A DNA stretch of 64,000 nucleotides from Spirochaetaceae bacterium (lineage in GTDB: Bacteria > Spirochaetota > Spirochaetia > DSM-2461): positions 2,016,001 to 2,080,000 of the forward strand of contig OZ245056.1 in assembly GCA_965224705.1 (NCBI GenBank), read 5' to 3'. The position numbers were made by a program, and so were the translations under genes. A model generated the notes under the pieces. The model made no database searches and was not told where the DNA came from. It was given only the letters and a program-made list of their open reading frames with translations. Position 1 is the first letter of the stretch, and the number at the start of each line of letters is the position of its first letter. Positions 39,040 to 48,422 of the stretch are shown here, one piece after another.

Positions 39040-41379
39040 TTACAACTGATGCCGATGCTCCTGGCGGTTCAGCAGCAAGGTGATAAACCATGTGAGAAAA
39101 ATTCCCGATGCAGCAGTGGTTCCGAATACTCCAGCGATGGAAGTGAGTCCCAGAAGTCCGAAAGCGAGAACAGAGGTCATCATGCTCAATGTGATCGATA
39201 GAAGCACGGCATGGTTTCTTTTTTCCGATTCAAAGAGGAGGATGATGTAATCAGTTCCCATACCGGGAATGAGTATGAGCCCAACGATGACAAAGAGGTT
39301 GACTGGCAGATTGAGAAGCGACACAAGGGAAAGCGTGCAGAGACTCGCTGCGGCGGGAATGAGAACAACCATAAGAGCCCGTTTGATACCATATCGGAGA
39401 GCGAGTCCTCCAAGTATGACAGCATAGGATACTAAAATGATCGTCAAGGCGAGTCGGCTCAGATCACCAAGGGTCTGGTTCGTATCGTCGACTTTGTTTA
39501 TGAGATAGACATCCGTATGATTTGCCGCGACAGTTTTCATGGCGTCCATATCTTTGATTCCAAAGAGCATGAGAGATGTGTAATATCCGCCGTTCACCTC
39601 TCCTATGTGGAGAGTATCAGTCAGAGAGCTGAGCGGAAGCGAGAAGAGATCATTTTGATCAATATATTTCTCCTGCAGCAGGGAGAAGGCATCTCGATTG
39701 CTTTCCAGTTCCCCCGGACCGAAGCCCAGAAAATGAAGCTGATTTTCCAGCAGGGGCAGAAGGTGATTCCTCACGAGCTTGAGATTGTTGCTCTGCACCT
39801 TCCGGGAGGGCAGGAGAATGCTCAACCCCAGGCTTGATTCGAGTTTCTCCAGACGGATCAGTTCGTCCAGATCAACGCGAATCGCTTCCTCTTTCCTCAG
39901 ATTGTCTTCCAGGTTCTCACCACGGATCAGCAGGTAAACACCGGAAGAGCCGTGATCAAGTATTTGCGCACTCCTGTGCTCCCAGTCGGAGAGCTGGTCG
40001 CTCATTGTGTAGAGATCGCGGACGTTATTATTCAGCTTCAGATCTTTCAATCCCAGGAAGGAAAAAATCGAAAGTACAGCCAATATGCCTCCCTTCATCG
40101 CAGGCGGGAGGGACGCTGCGCGGCTGAAAAGCGCTCCTGTCAAATACACGGCCCGGTTTGCGCCTGCCTTTGTCCTCTCCGACGGGGGCCTCAGGTTCCC
40201 ATAGAGAAAAAGTACACTGAGGTATGTACTCGTCAGGCCGGCAATAGAGAAAAGAGCCATCTGCTGAAGGAGGGGAAATGACGAGAGGGTAAAAGCGGCA
40301 TAGCTGAGAAGCGTTGTAATGAGACCGGTGGTTATACCGGGAAGTATTTTCCTCACAACGGTACGGCTCCTTCGTCCTTCAGCCCATTCAGTAAAGAAGT
40401 GAAAAGAATAGTCGACGCTGATTCCGATCAGACTGGTTCCAAAAACAACAGTGAAGATATGAATTTCCTGGAACAGAATAACCGTGACGGCCAGCCCCGT
40501 CAGAATCCCCATGACAATAGCCGTCACCGCGGCGGCCAGGGGCTTAAAGGACCGGAAAACGAGAAGGATCATAATGATGATGAAGAGTGTGGACAGGGTG
40601 CTGAGAAGGGAAATTTCCCGCTGCGACTTTTGCGCGCTGTCCCACGAATGAAAGGGGACGCCGGAAAAGATGAATTCTTCTCCATCGAACTGCGCCCCGA
40701 TCCTTTCGGCAGCTTCGTGGACGAGGGGAACGGGATGGCCATCCATCTCCACAGAGACGCCCGAGATACCGGACCGGAAAGTGATGAGTATCCAGTGTTT
40801 ACCTTCCCATTCCCTGGTCAGAAGAAAATCTTTCACTCCCACGGCCATATTGCCCAGAATCCCCGAGCTGGTGAAGTACTGGAGTGCGTCACCAGCAAGT
40901 AGAAAAGGATCCTCGTCAATGTAATCGAGAGCGCCCATGGATACGGGGCTCGATAATGTGAAATAGGCACGTTCCGCAAGGGCGGCCCCATTCCCCGCCG
41001 CGAGGAGATACTGCACCTCCGGCGTGAGGAAGTGATACCGGTATTTGTGGAGATATCGCTGGACATCACCCAGTGAGGAGGTGGTAACCTCGTGCTGTAT
41101 CGATTCGATTCCGTCTGTTCCCTCCAACTCGGCGGCGAATAGGCGGGAGATCTCCTTTGCTTTGGAGAAGTCTTCATGACCGACAAGAGCCGTCATGTTG
41201 GAATTGACCGTATCGCTCAGTTTCCCTTCTACAGGAGAGAGTTCTTTGACGGGATTGGTGTCGGGAAGAATCGAATAGAGGCTCGTTTCTACAACCGGTG
41301 AACCCAGAAGGAAAAAGAAGATCAACACTGTAAGGTGCAAGGCGGCCCATAGAGAGAGGTTGATCTTACGGGAAAACAC
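39040..41379 (-). CDS. MMPL/RND-type exporter (ApeM-like)
   Basis: Two TM bundles; VFGTSLIGISVDYSFHF, GMGTDY. Confidence 0.88.
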   Translation of the reverse strand: MFSRKINLSLWAALHLTVLIFFFLLGSPVVETSLYSILPDTNPVKELSPVEGKLSDTVNSNMTALVGHEDFSKAKEISRLFAAELEGTDGIESIQHEVTTSSLGDVQRYLHKYRYHFLTPEVQYLLAAGNGAALAERAYFTLSSPVSMGALDYIDEDPFLLAGDALQYFTSSGILGNMAVGVKDFLLTREWEGKHWILITFRSGISGVSVEMDGHPVPLVHEAAERIGAQFDGEEFIFSGVPFHSWDSAQKSQREISLLSTLSTLFIIIMILLVFRSFKPLAAAVTAIVMGILTGLAVTVILFQEIHIFTVVFGTSLIGISVDYSFHFFTEWAEGRRSRTVVRKILPGITTGLITTLLSYAAFTLSSFPLLQQMALFSIAGLTSTYLSVLFLYGNLRPPSERTKAGANRAVYLTGALFSRAASLPPAMKGGILAVLSIFSFLGLKDLKLNNNVRDLYTMSDQLSDWEHRSAQILDHGSSGVYLLIRGENLEDNLRKEEAIRVDLDELIRLEKLESSLGLSILLPSRKVQSNNLKLVRNHLLPLLENQLHFLGFGPGELESNRDAFSLLQEKYIDQNDLFSLPLSSLTDTLHIGEVNGGYYTSLMLFGIKDMDAMKTVAANHTDVYLINKVDDTNQTLGDLSRLALTIILVSYAVILGGLALRYGIKRALMVVLIPAAASLCTLSLVSLLNLPVNLFVIVGLILIPGMGTDYIILLFESEKRNHAVLLSITLSMMTSVLAFGLLGLTSIAGVFGTTAASGIFLTWFITLLLNRQEHRHQL

Positions 41380-42019
41380 TGTTCTCTTCTTCGCTCAGCT
41401 CGTCGGGATAGACATGGTCTGAAAAGCTGTAAGTGATCGTGTCGCCTCCCGACTCAAGTATGAAGAAACTGTCGATAAAGTCAGTCCCTTCAAGTTCAAA
41501 CGCCGACACGATCCCCTTCAAAGTGGAATCTCGGGGAATCAGTCCGATCTTCCAGTGCCCCTCTTCTCCGTCACGGTAGAAGAGTTCGTATTCATTGATA
41601 ATAATGTCGGTTTGCCCGAGAAACAGGGACTGGACTGTCAGAGAGAATCGATGAAACGTTTCGTTTCCCCCGGCACTGAGCACCCTCTCCTGACCGCCGG
41701 AACCCCTCTGAATCATGGCCCTGTCGGTCAGAACTGTCGTCGTGGGAAAGGGCTTTTCTACAATCCAGGCGATCCCTTTTTCCGAATCAAAGAGCATTCG
41801 CCCTGTCGAAGTAAGAGTTCTGTTCAGCCGTTTGATTAACTTGTCCTGCGAAAAGCGGCACTTCACATAGTGATAAGTGGAAATATCCCGGAATATATCC
41901 TCGACCCTTACCCGACTTTCGGCCGTTAGAGGCGATTCAAAGAGATCAGCAGCACCGGCTTCAAAGAGGGAAACCAGCAGCAGAAGGAAGAGGAGTTTTC
42001 TGTGCCAGACGACTCTCAT
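41366..42019 (-). CDS. LolA-like lipoprotein carrier (ApeL-like) whose first codons derive from a deleted thioesterase gene
   Basis: FSQDKLIKRLNRTLTSTG, GIAWIVEKPF, WKIGLIP, ESGGDT; signal peptide RKLLFLLLLVSLFEAGA. Confidence 0.8.
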   Translation of the reverse strand: MRVVWHRKLLFLLLLVSLFEAGAADLFESPLTAESRVRVEDIFRDISTYHYVKCRFSQDKLIKRLNRTLTSTGRMLFDSEKGIAWIVEKPFPTTTVLTDRAMIQRGSGGQERVLSAGGNETFHRFSLTVQSLFLGQTDIIINEYELFYRDGEEGHWKIGLIPRDSTLKGIVSAFELEGTDFIDSFFILESGGDTITYSFSDHVYPDELSEEENSVFP

Positions 42020-42094
42020 AGAGTCCACATCACAGGCTCATAGGATTCAGCCTTCAAAGGAGAAGTCAGCAAAAATCTTGTCATTCATATTCAT
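42002..42094 (-). pseudogene. 5' remnant of an acyl-CoA thioesterase (ApeK-like)
   Basis: GGAG RBS plus ATG 42094 gives MNMNDKIFADFSFEG*IL*ACDVDSMRVVWH. DVDSMxxVWH is the 4HBT/YbgC-like thioesterase motif; the frame then jumps into LolA. Confidence 0.75.
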
Positions 42095-43622
42095 AACTCC
42101 AGTGCCTATCTCTAATCAGGTTGACAGTCTTTCTCAGATCGCTTTCGAGCGGTCTGTCTTCAACGAGGAAATCGAAGTTATCGTGAACCTGTTCCACAGT
42201 TTTTTCAACGGGTTTCAGCCCCTCTTTCAGCAATTCGCCGCTTTTCACTCTTAGATCGAGCGCCTGGGTCATGGCGAGAAGACAGGCGGCAGCAACCTGC
42301 TCGGTCAATTCGATGATTCTAACGCAATCCCGCGCCGCAATGGTGCCCATGCTCACTTTGTCCTGGTTATGGCATTCGGTAGACCTGGAGAACACGCTTG
42401 CGGGCATGGTATTCTTCAGGGCTTCGGCCGTCCAGGCACTGACACCGATCTGAACGGCTTTGAAGCCATGGTTAAGCGAATAGATGCCGTCACTTCCAGA
42501 AAGGTTAGGAGCCAGCCCTCAGTTGAATTTTTCATCGACCAGAACAGCAAGCTGTCTGTCCATGAGATCGGCCAGGTTGGCCACGATATTCTTCAGAGAA
42601 TCCATGGCAAAGGCGATATGGCCGCCATAGAAGTGACCGCCGTGGAGGATCGACTCGCTGTCGGGGTCAACAACAGGGTTGTCGTTGGCACTGTTCAACT
42701 CGTTTTCGATGAGCTGCCTGAGCATGGGGGCTGAGTCGTAGAACACTCCGATGACATGGGGGGCACAGCGGATGGAATAGGGATCCTGCAGCCTTTCGGG
42801 AAGTATTCCTGCTTCGCTGTGCTGGTTCAGGTCTTTTCTAATTCTTTTGGCTACAAGAGACTGACCTGGATGGGGCTTTGCCGCGAAGAGCCTTTCGTCG
42901 AAGTGATAAGCGTTCCCCTTGAGAGCCAGGGAACTCATGGACGTGAGTTTCGTCGCTGTTTCAGCCAGATATTCGGCCCTTTTGAAGGCCAAACAGGCCA
43001 CAGCCGTCATAGCGGCTGTTCCGTTCATGATGGCGAGTCCTTCTCGGGGGCGCAGTTTGATGATGGGGAGATTGAGCTTTTCCAGAACCTCATTGGCGGG
43101 GGCTGTTTCGCCATTGTAGAGAACATCACGTTCTCCGATGAGGGCGGCCGAGACATAGGAAAGAGGCGTCAGATCCCCGCTGGCTCCAACCGATCCCTCC
43201 TGGGGAATGCGGGGGAGAATGTCGTGCTTGATCAGATTTTCCAGACCGGCCATAAGGCCGAAACTCACACCGGAGAATCCGAGGCTGAGGGACTGAAGCC
43301 TGGTGAGAAGAATGGCTCTGGTCGTTTCGTCATCAAACAGTTCGCCGAGACCGCATCCGTGAAACCGTGTCAGGTGGACGGGGAGATCATAGTAGTGTTT
43401 TTCCTGAACTGTTTTCCCACATGAATCGCCAAAACCTGTGGTTACGCCGTATATGTCCCCCTTCTCATTCAATACTTTGTCGAGAAAAGCCGCACCGCGG
43501 TTAATTCTCTCCTGATATGCGTCCGACCTTTCCAGGTGAATCTCGATCCGTTTTTGCGCGGCATTTTCCACGTCTTCAATTGCCAGTCTTCTTCCGTCAA
43601 TACACAGTCTGTCCATCGTCAT
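42081..43622 (-). pseudogene. Aromatic amino acid ammonia-lyase (HAL/PAL/TAL family) with an in-frame TGA at 42519-42521
   Basis: YGVTTGFG, MIO motif GASGDL, QDPYSIRC, NDNP; after the stop the same frame continues GLAPNLSG..NHGFKAVQI..HNQDKVSMG. Confidence 0.9.
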
Positions 43623-43632
43623 ACTCTCTCAT

Positions 43633-44598
43633 TTATTGTTTGGTTTGCGGCTTATCCCAAAAACCGAAAAAATTGTACCACTGATATGGATGATTGAGAC
43701 AAAGAGCCTCAAGGTGCGAAACGAATTCTTCTGTCAGCTTTTTGATCTTCTCTCTTCTTTCTCTTCGCGATCCGCCAGTATCGATAGAAGACCGGTAGAC
43801 ATGAAATTCATACGGGCTGGTAAAATCTTTATCATTTTCCCGGACGGCAAACATGAAATAGACCGGAGCTTCGAGCAGTGATGCCAGAATAAATGCTCCC
43901 TGGGGGAAATATGCTGTTTCACCAAAAAAGGAAACTTCTGTGTTCTTCATCGTGTTATTCTTCGCAGTACGATCACCCGCGATAACAACAAGATCACCGG
44001 CAATGATGTTTTCCTTTAAGTTGATAATCGTACCGGGATCAATGGATGAGGCATTGACAAGCTGTACCATAGATTGTGGATTCGTCTCTTCCATCAATCT
44101 ATTGAACGTATCAGTTACGGAGAAGTCCACAACTGAGTGCACTCTGAATTGAGGGATACCGTATCCCGAATCATGATTGGCCATAGCCCTGAGCATCTCT
44201 ATGTTGCCGAGATGTGAACAGATAACTACCGCTCCTCTTTTCTCCGAAAGCTGTTTTTTCAAGACGGAAATATCATCAGTCATTTCCAAAAGACTCCCGG
44301 AATGCATGTCTCCCGCCCATGCGGCCAACTTCTCGATTAAAGAATAGGAGAAAGAATAGATATGGCGATAAACGTCCATCAACCCAGGGTTCTTATCTAT
44401 TCCCGACTTTTTGTTGACCCTGGCGAGAAAGGAGCGGCTGACTCTCCGGGACGAAGGGGAAAACAGAAAAAAGAAGAAGGCAACAGGATGGAGAAAGATT
44501 CTCATGCCGCCGAAACCAAGCTTCTTGTAGATGATAAAGAAAAGGCGCATCTGCCATAGCGAGCCGGCTTTTTCCTTTTTTCCCGACCAATGGGCCAC
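43633..44598 (-). CDS. LpxL-like acyltransferase (C-terminal half of ApeJ-type proteins)
   Basis: HWSGKKE, SHLGNIEMLRA, IAGDR, FPQGAFILA, PYQWYNFF. Confidence 0.85.
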   Translation of the reverse strand: MAHWSGKKEKAGSLWQMRLFFIIYKKLGFGGMRIFLHPVAFFFFLFSPSSRRVSRSFLARVNKKSGIDKNPGLMDVYRHIYSFSYSLIEKLAAWAGDMHSGSLLEMTDDISVLKKQLSEKRGAVVICSHLGNIEMLRAMANHDSGYGIPQFRVHSVVDFSVTDTFNRLMEETNPQSMVQLVNASSIDPGTIINLKENIIAGDLVVIAGDRTAKNNTMKNTEVSFFGETAYFPQGAFILASLLEAPVYFMFAVRENDKDFTSPYEFHVYRSSIDTGGSRRERREKIKKLTEEFVSHLEALCLNHPYQWYNFFGFWDKPQTKQ

Positions 44599-45359
44599 TA
44601 GGCAGCCCCCCTGCGGGATAATCCAAATCGCCTCGCCGCGATGAAGGGCAGCCGCAGAATCATTCCTATAACAAGCATAGTATGGGCACCGGTAATGGCG
44701 GCGTTATCATGGAACATACGGAAATTGGAGAGCCCTCCTTCGGGATAAGTCACCTTTACCGGGAAGAATTTCATCTTCATTCCCATCCAGTGGAGCCTGA
44801 CGAGTATTTCTATATCAAATTCCATCCTCTTCTTCAGCTTCTTGCTTCTAATCAGCTTATTCGTTTTATCCAGAGGGTAAACTCGGAATCCGCACATAGC
44901 ATCAACGATATCCCTGGACAGCGTTTCCACAGAGACGAAAAAAGTGGTCAGCTTGCGCCCCGAGACACGGGATTTGGGAACCGATTGGTCATAGACAGGA
45001 TGACCGCATATAAGTGATTCCCTATCCTTACCGGCTTCGCTGATAAAAAGCTCGATATTGTTCAGATCGTGCTGCCCGTCAGCATCGACCTGCAAGGCAT
45101 GGGTGAATCCCATATCATAAGCCTTCTTAAGGCCGTGCATAACGGCACCACCTTTCCCTTGATTGATATCGAGGGTGAAGAGATAGCAGTTATCGTACTT
45201 TCCTTCTATTCGTTTCAGCTCGTTAGCTGTTTCGCTGGAACTCCCATCATCGACCATGATGACAGGCAGATTATTGTCTATAAGGTTTTTTACCACAGCT
45301 TCGGCGGTTGACCCATGATTATACACAGGAACAACAGTGCAGGGCTTAAAATCTGACAA
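44598..45359 (-). CDS. Family 2 glycosyltransferase (N-terminal half of ApeJ-type proteins)
   Basis: VPVYNH, VDDGS, NQGKGGA, QVDADGQH, DAMCGFRVYPL; TTG start after a CAGGAGG RBS. Confidence 0.9.
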   Translation of the reverse strand: MSDFKPCTVVPVYNHGSTAEAVVKNLIDNNLPVIMVDDGSSSETANELKRIEGKYDNCYLFTLDINQGKGGAVMHGLKKAYDMGFTHALQVDADGQHDLNNIELFISEAGKDRESLICGHPVYDQSVPKSRVSGRKLTTFFVSVETLSRDIVDAMCGFRVYPLDKTNKLIRSKKLKKRMEFDIEILVRLHWMGMKMKFFPVKVTYPEGGLSNFRMFHDNAAITGAHTMLVIGMILRLPFIAARRFGLSRRGAA

Positions 45360-46998
45360 AAATACTTCCTCCTGAAAATTTCCTGGATCCCTCTTCCGAT
45401 GCGTATTCAAATCCGACTTTCCCTTTCCCGGCATCCCAGGTAATTCTAACCTTCACATTGCGGTCGGGAAATATGGGATTCTGGAATTTCATTCTGGGCA
45501 TCCGCTCAATCACCGGGTTGAGGCCAGTTTTCTCTTTAAAAACGGACATGACCCAGTCTAGCTGAACAACGGCAGGGAGAATTTTCATTTCTGGAAAATG
45601 ACCATCGAAGTAACGGTATTCCGGAGGAAAGTTAACGACGAAGTCCCACCCTTTTTCCGATTTTTCTTCAGAGAGAATCGTGGGAAAATCGACCAGCCTT
45701 ATATCGAAGAGAGCCTTTGCCTCGGATCTCATGAGTTTTCCCTGGGAATTGACCGGCATCTTATCGGGATAGCGCCACTTTTTGGGTATGACGACGGGAT
45801 GAAAATGAGCGGCCAGAGATTGACGGAAATACTGATTGATTTCTTTTTTATCCGCGCCGGCAAAGGTTTCCCTTCCCTTCTCGTTTAGCTCGATAGCCGC
45901 GGCGATGAACTGCCGACGTCCCTCAAAAGAGAAAACAGCCGCATCGGTGACAAGTTCATTTTCGAGGAGCTTGTTCTCCAGATCATTGAGAGCCACACGC
46001 TTTTCCTCGATTTTGACTATGGAATCCTTGCGGCCGTACAGTTCGAAAGTTCCATTCTCCTTCATCACTATATGATCTTCGAGAATATACTGCCCATCTC
46101 CCGGTAGAAAGGGAGACTGGATTGTCAGCGCCCCCTCCTTGCCGGAGAGAATCGAAACGGCATCAAATGGCTTCCAGTATGGCTCCTGGGGAGACAGTTT
46201 CCAGGCGATGCCGCCTGTTTCCGTGCTCCCGTATATCTCGCGAACGGAATTGCCAAAAAAATCATAGCTGTATTCTGCCGTACCGGGCGGAAGAAAACCT
46301 CCCGATGAAAAGGGAGTAATCTTCTCCTTCCTGCCGGCTAAGTTTCCCTCAAGCTCAACCATTCTCTTCAGAAATGCAGGACTGGTTATAAGCGAACTTT
46401 TACCTTCTGAAAGGGAAAAAAGCGATTCGGGATAGTGGAGCCTTCGGGGACAGATGGTTCCTCCGGCTGCAAGAGGGAGGAGAATGGAAAAAAGCATACC
46501 GTAAAAATGCTGATGGCTGACTGTCGTGTAAACCGTAGAATCCTTCACGATATCGCCCCAAAGATTCCTGAGTTCCTCGACTTCATTCTCAATCTGAATG
46601 AGTTCCTTGGCCACTTCCTTCGGTTGTCCCGTACTGCCCGAAGTGTGAAAGACGATCCTGTTGTCCCGGCAAACAAGAGAATATTCATCATACATCAATT
46701 GACCAGTGACCCTGACGGCATCCCGGTCAAATGAGAAGTCGGACACCGCTGAATCATCACAAAACAGGGAATGGCCGCTGAGCCCATCATTCGAGGGTGC
46801 CGCGCCAGGGAGATGAATGTCTTTCCCCGCATAGAGAAGAGCAAAAAACGATAAGACGAAATCGCCAGGCTCTTCCCTGTAGAGGAGCCAGGATTTTTCC
46901 TCTGTTTTTGCCAGTTCCACGGACATCCCGGCGATAATGCCGCGTTCTTCTGGTGAGAGCACACAATTCAGCTGCCTCATGTCAAGTATGCTGCTCAT
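45346..46998 (-). CDS. Acyl-ACP/CoA synthetase fused to a FabA-like dehydratase (ApeH+ApeI-like)
   Basis: FHTSGSTGQPK, YGSTETGG, GRKDSIVKIEEKR; C-terminal FDGHFP..ILPAVVQ; ATGA overlap with the upstream gene. Confidence 0.88.
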   Translation of the reverse strand: MSSILDMRQLNCVLSPEERGIIAGMSVELAKTEEKSWLLYREEPGDFVLSFFALLYAGKDIHLPGAAPSNDGLSGHSLFCDDSAVSDFSFDRDAVRVTGQLMYDEYSLVCRDNRIVFHTSGSTGQPKEVAKELIQIENEVEELRNLWGDIVKDSTVYTTVSHQHFYGMLFSILLPLAAGGTICPRRLHYPESLFSLSEGKSSLITSPAFLKRMVELEGNLAGRKEKITPFSSGGFLPPGTAEYSYDFFGNSVREIYGSTETGGIAWKLSPQEPYWKPFDAVSILSGKEGALTIQSPFLPGDGQYILEDHIVMKENGTFELYGRKDSIVKIEEKRVALNDLENKLLENELVTDAAVFSFEGRRQFIAAAIELNEKGRETFAGADKKEINQYFRQSLAAHFHPVVIPKKWRYPDKMPVNSQGKLMRSEAKALFDIRLVDFPTILSEEKSEKGWDFVVNFPPEYRYFDGHFPEMKILPAVVQLDWVMSVFKEKTGLNPVIERMPRMKFQNPIFPDRNVKVRITWDAGKGKVGFEYASEEGSRKFSGGSIFVRF

Positions 46999-47588
46999 TG
47001 TTGAACCCTTACCTTCCGGACAATGAACTCCCCGAGAAAAATCACGCCGATTAAAATATAGGATATCATTCCGTTGTAGAGAGCCCAAAAAAAGTGACTT
47101 GCGAAGAGGGCTGTGAAAACAGCGGTTAAGCCGTTGATAACAAGAAATGCAATCCAGACCATTGTGACCTTCCGGCAATACCTTTCGATCTTTAACCTCT
47201 CCTCCCCCTCACTGCTGCGGACTTTTTCGTCCTGCATGGAGGCCAGGCGGAATATCATGGAAGGAGGGCGCAGCAAAGTGATCCCGAAACTCAGCAGAAG
47301 GAAGATATTGATGGATACGGGATAAAACTTAACATACCCGGCATTTTCAGTAATGAAGGTGATAAGTGCAAGTAAACCCGCTGTGAGAAACATGCCCCAG
47401 AACTGGATCCGCTTAAAAGTTTCTCCCCGCACATTGTCGGTATGGGTGATGAAGTACGCCAAAGCGACAAAAACCAGCAGGGCTGCTAAAACCCTGGGGC
47501 TGGCGTCAAAGCGAGAAAGCATTAAGTAAATGAGTACAGGGTAAAGCACGGCCGAAACTAAAGCCAATGCCTTCAGAAAATACTTCAC
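46995..47588 (-). CDS. COG4648-type membrane protein (ApeG-like)
   Basis: KFYPV, YCRKVTMVW..F..NG, WALYNGMISY. Confidence 0.85.
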   Translation of the reverse strand: MKYFLKALALVSAVLYPVLIYLMLSRFDASPRVLAALLVFVALAYFITHTDNVRGETFKRIQFWGMFLTAGLLALITFITENAGYVKFYPVSINIFLLLSFGITLLRPPSMIFRLASMQDEKVRSSEGEERLKIERYCRKVTMVWIAFLVINGLTAVFTALFASHFFWALYNGMISYILIGVIFLGEFIVRKVRVQQ

Positions 47589-47848
47589 TCCTCAATGAGT
47601 CCGCCGTCGACAGCGATGGCCTCAATGGCATCGACTACGTCTTTGACTGTACGAACCTGTTTGAATTCTTCGGGATCGATGTTCTTTGTCGTGTATTTCT
47701 GCAGATTCACAATCAGATCAACCGCATCAATGCTATCAAGATCGAGGTCTTCCAGCAGATGAGACTCCAGAGAGATATCCTCCACAGGAATTTCAAAAGT
47801 TTCGTCCAGAATCTGTGTTATAGCTTTAAAAATTTCGTCTCTTGTCAT
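47585..47848 (-). CDS. Acyl carrier protein (ApeF-like)
   Basis: DLDLDSIDAVDL, FKQVRTVKDVV. Confidence 0.93.
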   Translation of the reverse strand: MTRDEIFKAITQILDETFEIPVEDISLESHLLEDLDLDSIDAVDLIVNLQKYTTKNIDPEEFKQVRTVKDVVDAIEAIAVDGGLIEE

Positions 47849-47851
47849 AAT

Positions 47852-48112
47852 TTATCCTCTACTTTCTTCAATGAAGTCAATTAAAGTCTTTATGGAGTAA
47901 AAATACTTCCGATTATTTTCATCTTCAGCAGAAAGTGTGACATTGTACTTTTTCTTGATAGCAATCCCCATTTCTAATGCATCAATAGAATCAAGCCCAA
48001 GGGCATCCCCGAAAAGAGGAGCTTCGGTTTTAATATCATCTGGAGAAAAATCTTCAAGATCCAATGCACCTATGAGTAATTCTTTAAGTTCCAGCTCTAA
48101 CTCTGTATTCAT
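47852..48112 (-). CDS. Acyl carrier protein (ApeE-like)
   Basis: PLFGDALGLDSIDALE. Confidence 0.93.
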   Translation of the reverse strand: MNTELELELKELLIGALDLEDFSPDDIKTEAPLFGDALGLDSIDALEMGIAIKKKYNVTLSAEDENNRKYFYSIKTLIDFIEESRG

Positions 48113-48123
48113 TTTTTACCTTT

Positions 48124-48242
48124 CGGAGTGTCAGAAAGCTTGTTAAATTAGAAAAACATTTCTTTATTATGACTGTTTTGGCGACTTAAAACCCTTCAAT
48201 TACTAGAAATAAAGAGAATTCAACAAGCTTACTGACACTCCG
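48124..48242. mobile_element. MITE family A (119 bp)
   Basis: TIRs CGGAGTGTCAGAAAGCTTGTT / AACAAGCTTACTGACACTCCG, matching the IS1-like element end. Confidence 0.8.
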
Positions 48243-48258
48243 TTTATCTTTCAATCCA

Positions 48259-48422
48259 GGAGCCTGTCGGACTTTAAAGCTTCGAGGCGATTTCTGATGA
48301 TTTTTTCCTGATGCAAGGCGACAAAAACTCAAGCGTAGCTGGGCTACGTGAGTATCTTGGCAACGCAGCAACAGGGAAAAAGGGCAAAAATCGAGCCGTG
48401 AGGCGTAAGTTCGACAGGCTCC
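48259..48422 (-). mobile_element. MITE family B, copy 3 (inverted)
   Basis: Reverse complement of 9298-9460 with few changes; abuts the TAG of the acyltransferase. Confidence 0.9.

Noticed and set aside
42519..42521. TGA as selenocysteine or an alternative genetic code
   Set aside because: The position is not a Cys site in this family, no convincing SECIS was seen, and TGA is a normal stop for many genes in the window.
46999..47178. 60-aa N-terminal extension of the acyl ligase
   Set aside because: Overlaps the upstream membrane-protein gene; the ATGA-coupled start at 46998 is more plausible.
9298..48422. MITE repeats as a CRISPR array
   Set aside because: Copies are dispersed with conserved interiors; there is no repeat-spacer periodicity and no cas genes.
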